Assembly: GCA_963790105.1 (NCBI GenBank)
Contig: CAWBNI010000042.1
Location: 27,235-91,234 of the forward strand
From: an uncultured Bacteroidales bacterium
GTDB lineage: Bacteria > Bacteroidota > Bacteroidia > Bacteroidales > UBA10428
Direction: 5' to 3'
Length of the DNA: 64,000 bases
In this document: positions 9,073-18,171 of the stretch, in pieces
Layout of the letters: the number at the start of each line of letters is the position of its first letter
Numbering within the stretch: position 1 is the first letter of the stretch
Notes under the pieces: generated by a model
Told to the model about the DNA's origin: nothing
Seen by the model: only the letters and a program-made list of their open reading frames with translations
Database searches by the model: none
Program-made: the position numbers and the translations under genes

Positions 9073-10461
9073 AATATGAATCACCTCCCCGTACGCTGCG
9101 GCGGCGGCTTCCATCACGGCTTCCGACATGGTGGGATGCGGGTGGATGGATTTGATAATTTCGTGTCCTGTTGTTTCAAGCTTTTTGGCTATTACCATTT
9201 CTGCTATCATTTCAGTGACATTATCGCCAATGAAATGAGCGCCCAGCAATTCGCCGTATTTTGAATCGAAGATCAGCTTCACAAAGCCTTCCTTGTTTCC
9301 TGCGGCAGTTGCTTTGCCGGATGCTGTATACGGGAACTTGCCAACCTTGATATCATAGCCGGCTTCTTTTGCTGCTTTCTCGGTATATCCAACCGAAGCA
9401 ATTTCGGGAGATGTATAGGTACATCCGGGAATGTTTTTGTAATTAATGGGTTCCGGATCCTTGCCTGCAATTTTTTCCACACACACAATACCTTCTGCCG
9501 ATGCAACATGTGCCAGTGCCGGACCGGGTACAATATCACCGATGGCATAAACACCCTTTACATTCGTCCTGTAAAACTCATCAACCTTTATTTTTCCCTT
9601 ATCCGTTTCAATGCCCAGTTTCTCAAGTCCAAGATCTTCGAGGTTAGCGGTGATTCCAACGGCAGAAAGAACGATTTCAGCCTCCCTTTTCTCAACACCC
9701 TTTGGTGTCTTAATGGTTACCTGGCAGACTTTTCCGGTTGTGTCAACAGATTCCACCGAGGAGGAAGTCATCACTTCCATTCCGGCCTTTTTAAAAGATC
9801 TTTCAAGCTGTTTTGATACTTCTTCATCTTCCACAGGAACAATCGTCGGAAGAAATTCAACCAGGGTCACTTTGGTGCCAATTGAGTTGTAAAAATGGGC
9901 AAACTCGCTGCCTATGGCTCCTGAGCCGACCACCACCATGGATTGTGGCATCGTTTTGAGGGTCATGGCTTCGCGGTACCCGATAATTTTTTTCCCGTCC
10001 TGTTTCAGATTGGGTAATTCCTTTGACCGGGCTCCGGTAGCAATTATAATATGTTTGGCAGTAATTTTTGTTTCCTTTCCATCCTTGTCTGTAACGGAAA
10101 CGGTCTGGTTATCCACCAGTCGCCCGTAACCCGGGATCTGGTCAATTTTGTTCTTTTTAAAAAGAAACTGAACTCCCTTGCTCATTCCATCAGCAACACC
10201 GCGGCTGCGTTCAACCATTTTTTGTACATCAGCATGTGCTGAAGAATCAAACGTAATACCATAATCTCCTGCATGTTTCATGTAATTAAAAACCTGGGCA
10301 CTCTTAAGCAGGGCTTTTGTAGGGATGCAACCCCAGTTTAAGCATATGCCGCCAATTTCAGCTTTTTCCACTACACCCGTTTTCAGACCTAATTGTGATG
10401 CACGAATGGCCGCCACATAACCTCCCGGGCCGCTGCCAATTATAACAAGATCATAGTTCAT
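9070..10461 (-). CDS. lpdA: Dihydrolipoyl dehydrogenase (E3 component)
   Basis: Intact 463-aa ORF with FAD motif GSGPGGYVAAIRA, redox-active disulfide GGICLNWGCIPTK, NAD motif GSGAIGSEFA and C-terminal HPHPTMSEA dimer-interface motif. Confidence 0.95.
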   Translation of the reverse strand: MNYDLVIIGSGPGGYVAAIRASQLGLKTGVVEKAEIGGICLNWGCIPTKALLKSAQVFNYMKHAGDYGITFDSSAHADVQKMVERSRGVADGMSKGVQFLFKKNKIDQIPGYGRLVDNQTVSVTDKDGKETKITAKHIIIATGARSKELPNLKQDGKKIIGYREAMTLKTMPQSMVVVGSGAIGSEFAHFYNSIGTKVTLVEFLPTIVPVEDEEVSKQLERSFKKAGMEVMTSSSVESVDTTGKVCQVTIKTPKGVEKREAEIVLSAVGITANLEDLGLEKLGIETDKGKIKVDEFYRTNVKGVYAIGDIVPGPALAHVASAEGIVCVEKIAGKDPEPINYKNIPGCTYTSPEIASVGYTEKAAKEAGYDIKVGKFPYTASGKATAAGNKEGFVKLIFDSKYGELLGAHFIGDNVTEMIAEMVIAKKLETTGHEIIKSIHPHPTMSEAVMEAAAAAYGEVIHI

Positions 10462-10555
10462 TTTCTTTTTGTTTAATTTTCAATAATTTGAATTCAACTA
10501 CTTCATTTATGTTTTGCAAAAATACTATTATTTTTTTCGCGAACCCTATAATGCC

Positions 10556-11686
10556 CTATTTACGCCTGTAATTAAATCGTATCCAATGACGCTTAAAGTA
10601 TTTTTCCATCAGGGCCCTCGCCGGAGTAAAAGGGGTCAATTCACCCATCAGCACCCTTGCTTCCTGTATTTTCAGCATCTTTTGAATCCGGCGGTCATGA
10701 TAAAAACTGTCCTTCAGGTTTTGGTTTATGGTTTCATACATCCAGTATAAGGATTGGTCCAGTCTTTTCCTTTCGAAATAGCCCTTTTGCTGCATCATTG
10801 TTTTATACTCCAGTATGGTATTCCAGATCTCCTCAATTCCGGTGTTCGTTCTCGATGAACAGGTCATGACCTTCGGTGTCCATCCTGTATTGGACGGGGG
10901 AAATAAATGGATGGCATTTGAATATTCTGCCTTCGCCCTTTCAGTTTTGGCAATATTTTCCCCGTCGGCTTTTGTAATGGCTATGGCATCCGCCATTTCC
11001 ATGATGCCGCGTTTGATTCCCTGTAATTCATCCCCTGCACCCGCCAGCATCAGCAACAGGAAAAAATCCACCATGGAATGTACGGCGGTTTCACTTTGTC
11101 CCACACCCACGGTTTCAATAAAGATTGTATCAAAACCGGCTGCCTCGCATAAAATTATAGTTTCCCGGGTTTTGCGGGCCACACCTCCCAGTGATCCGGC
11201 TGAAGGAGAAGGCCGGATGAAAACATCCGCGGCAACCGACAATTCTTCCATGCGGGTCTTGTCGCCCAAAATACTTCCCTTGCTGCGCTCACTGCTGGGA
11301 TCAATTGCCAGAACGGCCAGCTTACGGTTATTGCGGATCAGATGCAGTCCGAGTGATTCAATAAAGGTGCTTTTGCCAACCCCGGGAACGCCTGTAATGC
11401 CAACGCGAAGAGAATGACCCGACCAGGGAAGGCATTTTTCAATGATTTCCTGGGCAAGCTCGGTGTGATGAGGCAGTGAACTTTCGGTAAGCGTAATGGC
11501 CTGACTTAATACAGTCCGGTTTCCCGAAAGTATGCCATCGAGAAACTCCTTGACGGTAGGCTGCTTGCGCTTTTTTTGCTTGAATATTTTTATTGCTTCC
11601 TCGTTGATATCCGGAGGTTGGGCAATGCCTGAACTGACACTAAGGTTGCTTTTGTATGATGAGCCTTTCATTAGGCAGGTTTTCAA
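10556..11686 (-). CDS. meaB: Methylmalonyl-CoA mutase-associated G3E GTPase (MeaB/ArgK)
   Basis: Intact ORF with P-loop GVPGVGKSTF, ETVGVGQSE and ITKADG motifs characteristic of MeaB/ArgK. True start may be an internal Met. Confidence 0.85.
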   Translation of the reverse strand: MKTCLMKGSSYKSNLSVSSGIAQPPDINEEAIKIFKQKKRKQPTVKEFLDGILSGNRTVLSQAITLTESSLPHHTELAQEIIEKCLPWSGHSLRVGITGVPGVGKSTFIESLGLHLIRNNRKLAVLAIDPSSERSKGSILGDKTRMEELSVAADVFIRPSPSAGSLGGVARKTRETIILCEAAGFDTIFIETVGVGQSETAVHSMVDFFLLLMLAGAGDELQGIKRGIMEMADAIAITKADGENIAKTERAKAEYSNAIHLFPPSNTGWTPKVMTCSSRTNTGIEEIWNTILEYKTMMQQKGYFERKRLDQSLYWMYETINQNLKDSFYHDRRIQKMLKIQEARVLMGELTPFTPARALMEKYFKRHWIRFNYRRK

Positions 11687-11704
11687 AATAAATGTTTACC
11701 CGGC

Positions 11705-12821
11705 TTATTGTTTTTGGGCGACTATTCCATTCAGCCAGAGTATTGTTTTCGACCTTTTCGGATCGTTTGTAATCACTGTAATTGCTTTTTTCTGATTTCC
11801 TTCACGGCCGGCAGGATTGAACACCGTTTTTATCTGTGTGGATTCACCGGGTGCAATGGTGGTTTTGGCCGGCTGAACCGCAGTACAGCCGCAGCTGGCT
11901 CCTACTTTACGGATATACAGGTTTGATTTACCGGTATTGGTCAGGATAAAAACATGCTCTATCACCTTATCGGGACTTGTCGTGCCAAAATCAAAGGTGG
12001 TCTCATCAAATTGAACCACCGGGGCCAGGGCCATTTCTTCAGCCGTAAGGGCCCCGAAATTTTCCTTTGATATTTGCAGTTATGCTGATGCGGTTATTTG
12101 GTGCTGCTTTTCCGTTTATCAGAAGATCAACCCTGTCCACAACATAATCCCAGTTATTTTGAAGTGCGGATGAGTATTCCATGTCAATTCTGCCTTCCTG
12201 TTGCGGCCCCAGGGAAGCAGGGACCATTTTCACACTGATATAGGGAGGTAATTGTTTGAAACTTAATTGCACAGTTGTATCATGTGAGGTATTCATCACC
12301 TTTATGCTGAATTTTCCTGTAGATCCCTTGTAAATTTCTCCAAATGCAGCGTATATGGTCTGAATCCTGACAGGTCCGACTGAAAAACGGTAAACATCCT
12401 CGATTTTTTCAGCCGGTATTACCACGCCCTCGATTACCAGGGTAACAACCGGAAGATCGGCATTGCTGTTCACCTGGATGGTTTTACTAAAGGAGCCGGG
12501 CCTGTTCTTTGGATTAAAGGTAACCCGTATGCTCCCGCTTTTTCCGGGTAAAACAGGCTCTTTTGTCCATTCAGGTGTTGTGCATCCGCAGGATGCCTTC
12601 ACATCGTTCAGGATCAGGGGCACCTTGCCTGTATTTGTAAACTGAAAATCATGTACAACCAATCCGGCAGATTCAGGAAATGTACCAAAATTAAATTCTT
12701 TTTGAGTGAAAGAAATGACCGGCTTTGAATCCTGACCTGCAATACGAAATTGAAAAACGAGAGAGAGCAAAATGAAGAAATAAATACTTTTTTTCATGGG
12801 AATCACTGAAGTTAAAAGCAT
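11705..12821 (-). pseudogene. DUF1573-domain secreted protein (two ASCGCT-motif domains), one frame interruption
   Basis: ORFs 12039-12821 and 11705-12034 each carry a DUF1573-type domain (F.FG...H.F.FTNTG...ASCGCT). Shifting frame at GGAAAATTTCGGGG (~12045-12062) joins them as ...ITANIKGENFGALTAEEMALAPVVQFDE... Confidence 0.7.
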
Positions 12822-12926
12822 ATGGTGGTCAAAGTTAAAAATTTATATGGGAATAGCCAGTAACCGCTTTCGTTTCATATGAACATTCTGAAGGTTTGTT
12901 TTTCGTATTATTGCAAAAAGGTTCAC

Positions 12927-13634
12927 ATGATCCAGCTTGTCCTTACCGGTGATGGTTCACATACCCTGTACATTCCTGAATTGAATGAACATTATCATTC
13001 AACTTACGGTGCATTAACTGAATCGCTTCATGTTTTTATCCGGAGCGGCCTGGATTGTTTTGCCGGCAGCCGCGAGATCTCAATTTTTGAAACCGGATTT
13101 GGAACGGGACTGAATGCACTTCTGACAGCGTTAAGTGCAATGAGGTCGGGCATGAAGGTATGGTATTTTGCCGTTGAGAAGTATCCTGTTGATCCAGAGA
13201 TAGTGAAACAGCTTAATTACCCTCATCTCCTGAAGGATGCTGAAATTGACGCTGAAGCATTATTTAATGCTATTCATGAGGCCGACTGGGAAACCATGAC
13301 TGAAATCCATCCCTGTTTTCATCTGAAAAAGATGAAAGGGGATATGTGCAGTTTTGTTCCGGATGGCAGCTATGACCTGGTTTATTTTGATGCTTTCGCG
13401 CCGGACAAGCAACCGGAAATATGGACGGGTGAGATCATGCAACGCCTTGTTTCATCGATGAAACCTGGCGGTATCTTTACCACATACTGCGTGAAAGGAT
13501 CAGTGAAACGAATTTTGAGAGATTGCGGCCTCACTTTGGAAAAACTGCCCGGCCCGCCAGGGAAGAGGGAGATTCTTAGGGGGACGAGGGACCAGGGACT
13601 AGGGACTAGGGACGAGGGACGAGGGACAGGATAG
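12927..13634 (+). CDS. mnmD: tRNA (mnm5s2U34) methyltransferase MnmD-like (MnmC methyltransferase-domain homologue)
   Basis: Inner ATG at 12927 gives MIQLVLTGDGSHTLYIPELNEHYHSTYGALTES... and SAM fold ETGFGTGLN, YFDAFAP...PEIW. The last ~18 codons (RGTRDQGLGTRDEGRGTG) are translated from the GGGACGA array. Confidence 0.65.
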   Translation: MIQLVLTGDGSHTLYIPELNEHYHSTYGALTESLHVFIRSGLDCFAGSREISIFETGFGTGLNALLTALSAMRSGMKVWYFAVEKYPVDPEIVKQLNYPHLLKDAEIDAEALFNAIHEADWETMTEIHPCFHLKKMKGDMCSFVPDGSYDLVYFDAFAPDKQPEIWTGEIMQRLVSSMKPGGIFTTYCVKGSVKRILRDCGLTLEKLPGPPGKREILRGTRDQGLGTRDEGRGTG

Positions 13635-13824
13635 GAAGAATGAACAATGTGCCGAAGGCATCCCTTCGGGAGAAAACGATTTGCTAGATGTGCCAATGTG
13701 CCAATGTGCTAATATGCCAATGTGCTAATTTTTTTCTATGTTTCTTTGTGCCATGCTAGTGCCTTTGTGGCAAAACTGCAGAACTGCAGAACCAGACTGC
13801 ATAACTGCAGAACCGTATAACTGC
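13579..13824 (+). repeat. Composite mosaic element: (GGGACNA)7 array, hairpin element hp1, (GTGCCAAT)5 array, conserved box GTGCCTTTGTGGCAAAACTGCA, (AACTGCAG)n array
   Basis: GGGACNA array 13579-13630. hp1 13638-13684, with stem CCGAAGG-catc-CCTTCGG at 13652-13669. GTGCCAAT array 13688-13729. Box 13759-13780. AACTGCAG array 13773-13824. Confidence 0.85.
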
Positions 13825-13848
13825 CGGACCTGATAGGTATAAATAATT

Positions 13849-13879
13849 AAACCCCAAAGATTTGCATCCTTTGGGGTTT
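13849..13879. terminator. Bidirectional terminator hairpin AAACCCCAAAG-atttgcatc-CTTTGGGGTTT downstream of rpmH
   Basis: 11-bp perfect stem flanked by A-run/T-run, 25 nt downstream of the rpmH stop (minus strand). Confidence 0.65.
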
Positions 13880-13903
13880 AATTTATATTTTAATTAAAAT
13901 TAT

Positions 13904-14059
13904 TTACTTACTTGCTATTTCGTCGGAAACAGTCAGTCTTTTTCTTCCCTTGGCACGGCGGCTGGATAGTACTTTGCGTCCATTGGCTGTGGACATTCTT
14001 TCCCTGAATCCGTGTTTATTGCGCCTCTTTCTGTTGGATGGCTGATATGTTCTTTTCAT
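13904..14059 (-). CDS. rpmH: 50S ribosomal protein L34
   Basis: Not in the ORF track (51 aa). My translation is [51 protein letters not shown], the universally conserved L34 sequence pattern. Confidence 0.95.
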   Translation of the reverse strand: MKRTYQPSNRKRRNKHGFRERMSTANGRKVLSSRRAKGRKRLTVSDEIASK

Positions 14060-14097
14060 TGCTGTGCTTTTTTATGTATGCTGATAAAATCGGAATG

Positions 14098-14128
14098 CAA
14101 AGGTAAATAATTTTATTTTTCATCCAAA
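14098..14128 (-). promoter_or_regulatory. Candidate Bacteroidota-type promoter of rpmH (TTTG -33 / TACCTTTG -7)
   Basis: Minus strand reads TTTG (14128-14125), 19-nt spacer, TACCTTTG (14105-14098). This fits the published Bacteroides consensus TTTG-N19-21-TAnnTTTG, ~40 nt upstream of the ATG. Confidence 0.45.
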
Positions 14129-14135
14129 TATTTTT

Positions 14136-14300
14136 GGCAATTGTTTCTTGGCAATGTGCTATTATGCTAATGTGCCAATGTGCCAATCTGCCAATGTGCC
14201 ATATGTGCCAATGTGCCAATGTTCATGAATGCCAATGCGCTAATCATATACTATCGTCTCCTTGTGCCTTAGTGCCTTTGTGGCAAAACTGCAAAACTGC
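14136..14300 (+). repeat. Composite element: (GTGCCAAT/GTGCTAAT)n array, box GTGCCTTTGTGGCAAAACTGCA, AACTGCA units. A direct copy of the module on the other side of rpmH
   Basis: Array ~14136-14245, box 14272-14293, AAACTGCAAAACTGCGG to ~14300. Same order and orientation as 13688-13824. Confidence 0.8.
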
Positions 14301-14311
14301 GGACCAGTCCC

Positions 14312-16298
14312 TCACTGGTTCTTACAGGACGTGCGGTAATAGGTAAAAGCATTATCGGGACAGCCAAGATAACCTGAATATATATTATAGAACGAAAACC
14401 AATGAGATTCCGGAATTGTGATTTCCTGCCAGGTTGTGGTACCCACAAGGCGCATTCCCTCTTTCTTTTCATTTGCTATCCCGAAGGGCATCGTAAATCC
14501 GTCCTCAACTCCTGTCCAGCGGAATTTTAACAGTATGCTGTCATTTACATGTTTGTAAACATACGTCAGAACAGGAAGCTGGGTATCGAAAAGGTACTTG
14601 TCGAAAAAAGGTGTATAAGTCAGTTCCTGTATACTCATTTACAAACCGGATAAAATCATAGGAGTCGACTGTGTGATAGCGAAATTTCATCCAGAAATCA
14701 TGGATGATGCCGAAAAATACAGAATCATTATTGATTGTGCACCGGAGGCAGTGAAGCATCATGGCTCCCTTGGTGTAGACATCATTGCTGGCAAAGGTAT
14801 TTTCGTTCACATTACGGTTTTGCACGATGGGCCATATATTGAATATATATTTGGCTTTTTTCGGTCAGCTCATACATATATTCCTCCTTGCCGAAGCGGT
14901 TTTCAATGAACATGAGCTCGGCATAAGTGGCAAATCCCTCATGGATCCATATGTCGGCCATATCTGCTGCAGTTACGGAGTTTCCCCACCATTCATGGGC
15001 TGCTTCATGAACGATTATATAATCGTAGATCATGTTCCTGTACTCAGTACCGTTGTTTTTTTCAAAGCCATTTCCATAGGCAATGGCCGACTGGTGTTCC
15101 ATTCCTTCATAGGATGATTCCACAAGTCCAAACCCGTCGCGATTAAAGGGATAAGGACCAAAGGCCTTATCGTAAAAGCTGACTACATCACGCGTTTGCT
15201 TGAAGTGTTCTTTTGCCTCGATCGAGGTTATAACTCAGCACATTATAGTCCAATCTTACCGTGTCATCCGGATCTTTCAGCGTATCACTGAATGCCACAT
15301 ATTTTCCCACGTAAAAAGTGACATTGTAGTTGTTGATGGGATAGCTGACAAACCATGAAAATTTATCATTGTGTGAATCAACGTGGGTCATTTTTCTCAG
15401 GTTCCCGTTTGATACAGCCTGGTACCCCGAAGGTATGGTCAGATTGATCAGCATGGAATCGGGTTTGTCGCTGAGATGATCCTTGGTGGGCCACCAACTG
15501 CTGGCACCGAGGTGTTCACAGGCTACGCCCAGCCAAAGGTCTTTGTTTTTATCCTTTTGCCAGACAAATCCTCCATCCCAGGGCGGGTTCGGTGCATTCA
15601 TGCGGCTTTCCCTTATAGGCAATACGGATAACCTGGTCGTTGCCGGGCTTTAAAATCTCAGGGAAATCAATGAAAATAGCATTAAACTCCCTTCGATAGG
15701 GTAAGGTAATACCATTCCAGGTTATGCCCGTAACAGTATATCTGTCAAAAAGATCGATCTGAATGGTTTTTGACGGCTGTACAACATGAAAATAGATTGT
15801 ATTGCTTCCCTGAATTTTTTTGCCCCTGGGTATTATCTTTACATCGAGATCATAAAAATAAACGTCAAAACAGGTTCTTTCCGGCCGGAGTGCTCCGCGC
15901 AAGGTGTCAGCCCTTGTGTATTTCGGCCGGTAATTTAATTCAGGATATACTTTCTGATCCTTGTAAAACTGTTTTAGCAACAGGTCACGGACAAACTTGG
16001 GATCGCAAAGAAAACTTACTAACTGCCTGTTTTCATTTGATCCGGCAGCATGGGCAAGATTCAGATCTTCACAGGCCCCTTCTACATCACCCATGTACAG
16101 TTTTGAAATACCACGGTTATTCAGGCAGGAGGCATATCCAGGAGCGAGCTTTAACAGGGTATCCATCTCTTCAATCACCCCAATATAATCCGCCTGATCA
16201 AACCGCTTTAAGCTACTCTGCCAGATGGAATCTTCTGTATTTTGCGCCTGAATCGTAAGAGCAGACAACAAAAGGATGCTGATCCAAATTTTTTTCAT
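14312..16298 (-). pseudogene. M1-family zinc metallopeptidase (aminopeptidase N-like) with N-terminal TPR-like region; frame interrupted at least 4 times
   Basis: Five overlapping ORF fragments on the minus strand. Signal peptide MKKIWISILLLSALTIQAQ. Zincin motif HEAAHEWWGN...WIHEGFATY in fragment 14812-15123. GAMEN-region and C-terminal fragments follow in other frames. Confidence 0.8.
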
Positions 16299-16346
16299 TC
16301 CCGGGGTAATTGATGTTTTAAAATTATATTCTACAGCCGCATATTA

Positions 16347-17348
16347 TTACGGATTATATGAACTCATGTTTAGTATTTTCATATAATCCTTCTCAGCCAT
16401 CAACATGGGCAAGGTAATATCTGAATTTTTAGCCATATAGGCAGTAACAATTTTGTAACCAATCCACACAGCAGCCCTGGCCGGTGATTCACGGCCAAAA
16501 TCTTTTGTATACGGACCCTCGAGTATGAATTTATCAATTGTAAAACGGTCGGTATTAAATAAATATTTCTTTTCGATGAGTTCAGTCCACATGGCTTTTT
16601 CATTTGCAGCACAGTATTCCAGGTTTTTTGCAGAAAAACCCCAGTTGATCGAATCAGGATCGTCGGGAAGCATAGCGCCTGTGAAATACATCATTTTACC
16701 GCGGTAGATCATATTTGAAACCAGGTTGTTTATTGAATCATAAAAAGGAAATTCGGTTTCTCCCCAGAATGTTATGCAATCCGGTGCCAGTTTTTTGGGA
16801 TACATATTCCCGACCAGATATTTGTAAATGCCCGCATCAATGTATAACGGTTCATTGCTGCCAAGATATTTATCCAGTCCCATTGCAATGAGACTATCCC
16901 CTGTAATTGCCGACTGGTTGAAACCGGCTACATAAGTTATGAAGCGGGGAAGCGGCTTTTCAGGAAAATAATAGCGGTAATGCTTATAAGCTTCTTCCAG
17001 CTTAGCTTTGAAGGCATCCACATTCGGATAAACTTCCATAGTGCGTTTATAGATCAGGTAATTGGTATGATCAGTTACAAATAGCGTCAGCCTGTCGGCA
17101 AAATCCGGATCATTAACATTTCCAAGTTTTACAATGTAACTGAAATACTGAAGGAAAGACCCATATCTTTTCTGCCATACCGGAATGGAATCCCTGATTG
17201 CGGATGGATCAGCTGAAAACAGGTCTTTTTCAAATCGATCTATTGTTATGTTTACCTGTATCTTACTTACGTTAACATGTACCTTATCCTGTTTGCAGGA
17301 AATAGCCACCCCGGCCAGGATCAGGATTAGTACGGGGATTAACTTCAT
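16347..17348 (-). CDS. gldB: Gliding-motility lipoprotein GldB-like
   Basis: Inner ATG gives lipoprotein signal MKLIPVLILILAGVAISC. IDRFEKDLF near the N-terminus and ESPARAAVWIGYKIVTAYM near the C-terminus resemble Flavobacterium GldB as I remember it. nadE proximity fits the gldB neighbourhood reported for F. johnsoniae. Confidence 0.55.
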   Translation of the reverse strand: MKLIPVLILILAGVAISCKQDKVHVNVSKIQVNITIDRFEKDLFSADPSAIRDSIPVWQKRYGSFLQYFSYIVKLGNVNDPDFADRLTLFVTDHTNYLIYKRTMEVYPNVDAFKAKLEEAYKHYRYYFPEKPLPRFITYVAGFNQSAITGDSLIAMGLDKYLGSNEPLYIDAGIYKYLVGNMYPKKLAPDCITFWGETEFPFYDSINNLVSNMIYRGKMMYFTGAMLPDDPDSINWGFSAKNLEYCAANEKAMWTELIEKKYLFNTDRFTIDKFILEGPYTKDFGRESPARAAVWIGYKIVTAYMAKNSDITLPMLMAEKDYMKILNMSSYNP

Positions 17349-17503
17349 ATTGATAAAACAGATTGGTAAATTTCCTTTTTCAGATTCGCTCATTTTCGCG
17401 AGATTGCCAGGGCAGGCAAAATTAAGCGCAAATTTATGAATGTCAAAATATTTATTTCCAAACTTCAATAACTTTGTGGGAAATAAACTAAAACTAAATA
17501 ATT

Positions 17504-18160
17504 GTGAAAAAGCTATTTATTTTCTTTATTCTGGTTTACTCTTCCGCATTGTTCGCCCAATCAAAAGTGAGGCTTGGAGCCCATGTAGATCCTGTTTTTA
17601 CATGGTTCTCGCCTAAAACATCGCACATTGAAAAAGACGGGGCCCGGCTTGGATACAACGGAGGACTGATTGTGGAATATTATTTCGCGCCAAACTATGC
17701 TTTGGTTACCGGCCTGAATCTGACCCAGCTGGGCGGTAATCTTCTTTATAAAGAAGAAGTGGATATAACCACAGGTGAAGGTGATCATGTGATACTGCCT
17801 CCCGAGACATCTGTGGCCTTTAATGTGAATTACCTTACTATTCCCATGGCCCTGAAACTCAAATCGAATGAGATCGGTTATCTTACCTATTTTGCTGAAC
17901 TGGGCTTTTCACCCCAGGTCAATATTGGATCGAGAGCCTCTTCAACCGGCGGTGCTCTTGATAAGGATAATGTTTCAAAAGAAATTAATGCTTTTAATGT
18001 ATCTTTCTTTTTTGGAGGAGGCATTGAGAAGAATATAGGAGGTCAGACCTCCTTGATGGGTGGTATCTTTTTCAATAACGGTTTTGGAGATATATTGTCA
18101 GCGGATGCTCACAAGGCCGCCTTAAATTTTGTGAATATCCGGCTTGGCATTATGTTTTGA
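17504..18160 (+). CDS. Small outer-membrane beta-barrel protein (OMP_b-brl_2 / PorT-like family)
   Basis: 218 aa, GTG start, signal peptide MKKLFIFFILVYSSALFAQ, alternating amphipathic strands, C-terminal ...NIRLGIMF. Confidence 0.7.
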   Translation: MKKLFIFFILVYSSALFAQSKVRLGAHVDPVFTWFSPKTSHIEKDGARLGYNGGLIVEYYFAPNYALVTGLNLTQLGGNLLYKEEVDITTGEGDHVILPPETSVAFNVNYLTIPMALKLKSNEIGYLTYFAELGFSPQVNIGSRASSTGGALDKDNVSKEINAFNVSFFFGGGIEKNIGGQTSLMGGIFFNNGFGDILSADAHKAALNFVNIRLGIMF

Positions 18161-18171
18161 AACTTTCTCAC

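Noticed and set aside
13904-14059. Absence of rnpA downstream of rpmH as an anomaly.
   Set aside because: As far as I recall, the rpmH-rnpA linkage is not universal, and in Bacteroidota rpmH is often solitary. A strong terminator follows the gene. This is not informative on its own.
13579-14300. The possibility that the tandem arrays are CRISPR arrays.
   Set aside because: Repeat units are only 7-9 nt and are contiguous with no unique spacers of 25-40 nt. No cas genes are in the window.
14134-14346. Cys-rich or low-complexity ORFs translated from the tandem arrays. Examples: 14134-14346 (MCQCANLPMCHMCQCAN...), 50105-50503, 56722-57054, 56840-57068, 49646-50157, 14016-14219 and 36941-37186.
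   Set aside because: Their peptide repeats come from reading 7- and 8-nt DNA repeats, which cycle through all three frames. Equivalent ORFs appear on both strands and in several frames of the same array, and none has a convincing start context. I treat them as translation artefacts of non-coding repeats.
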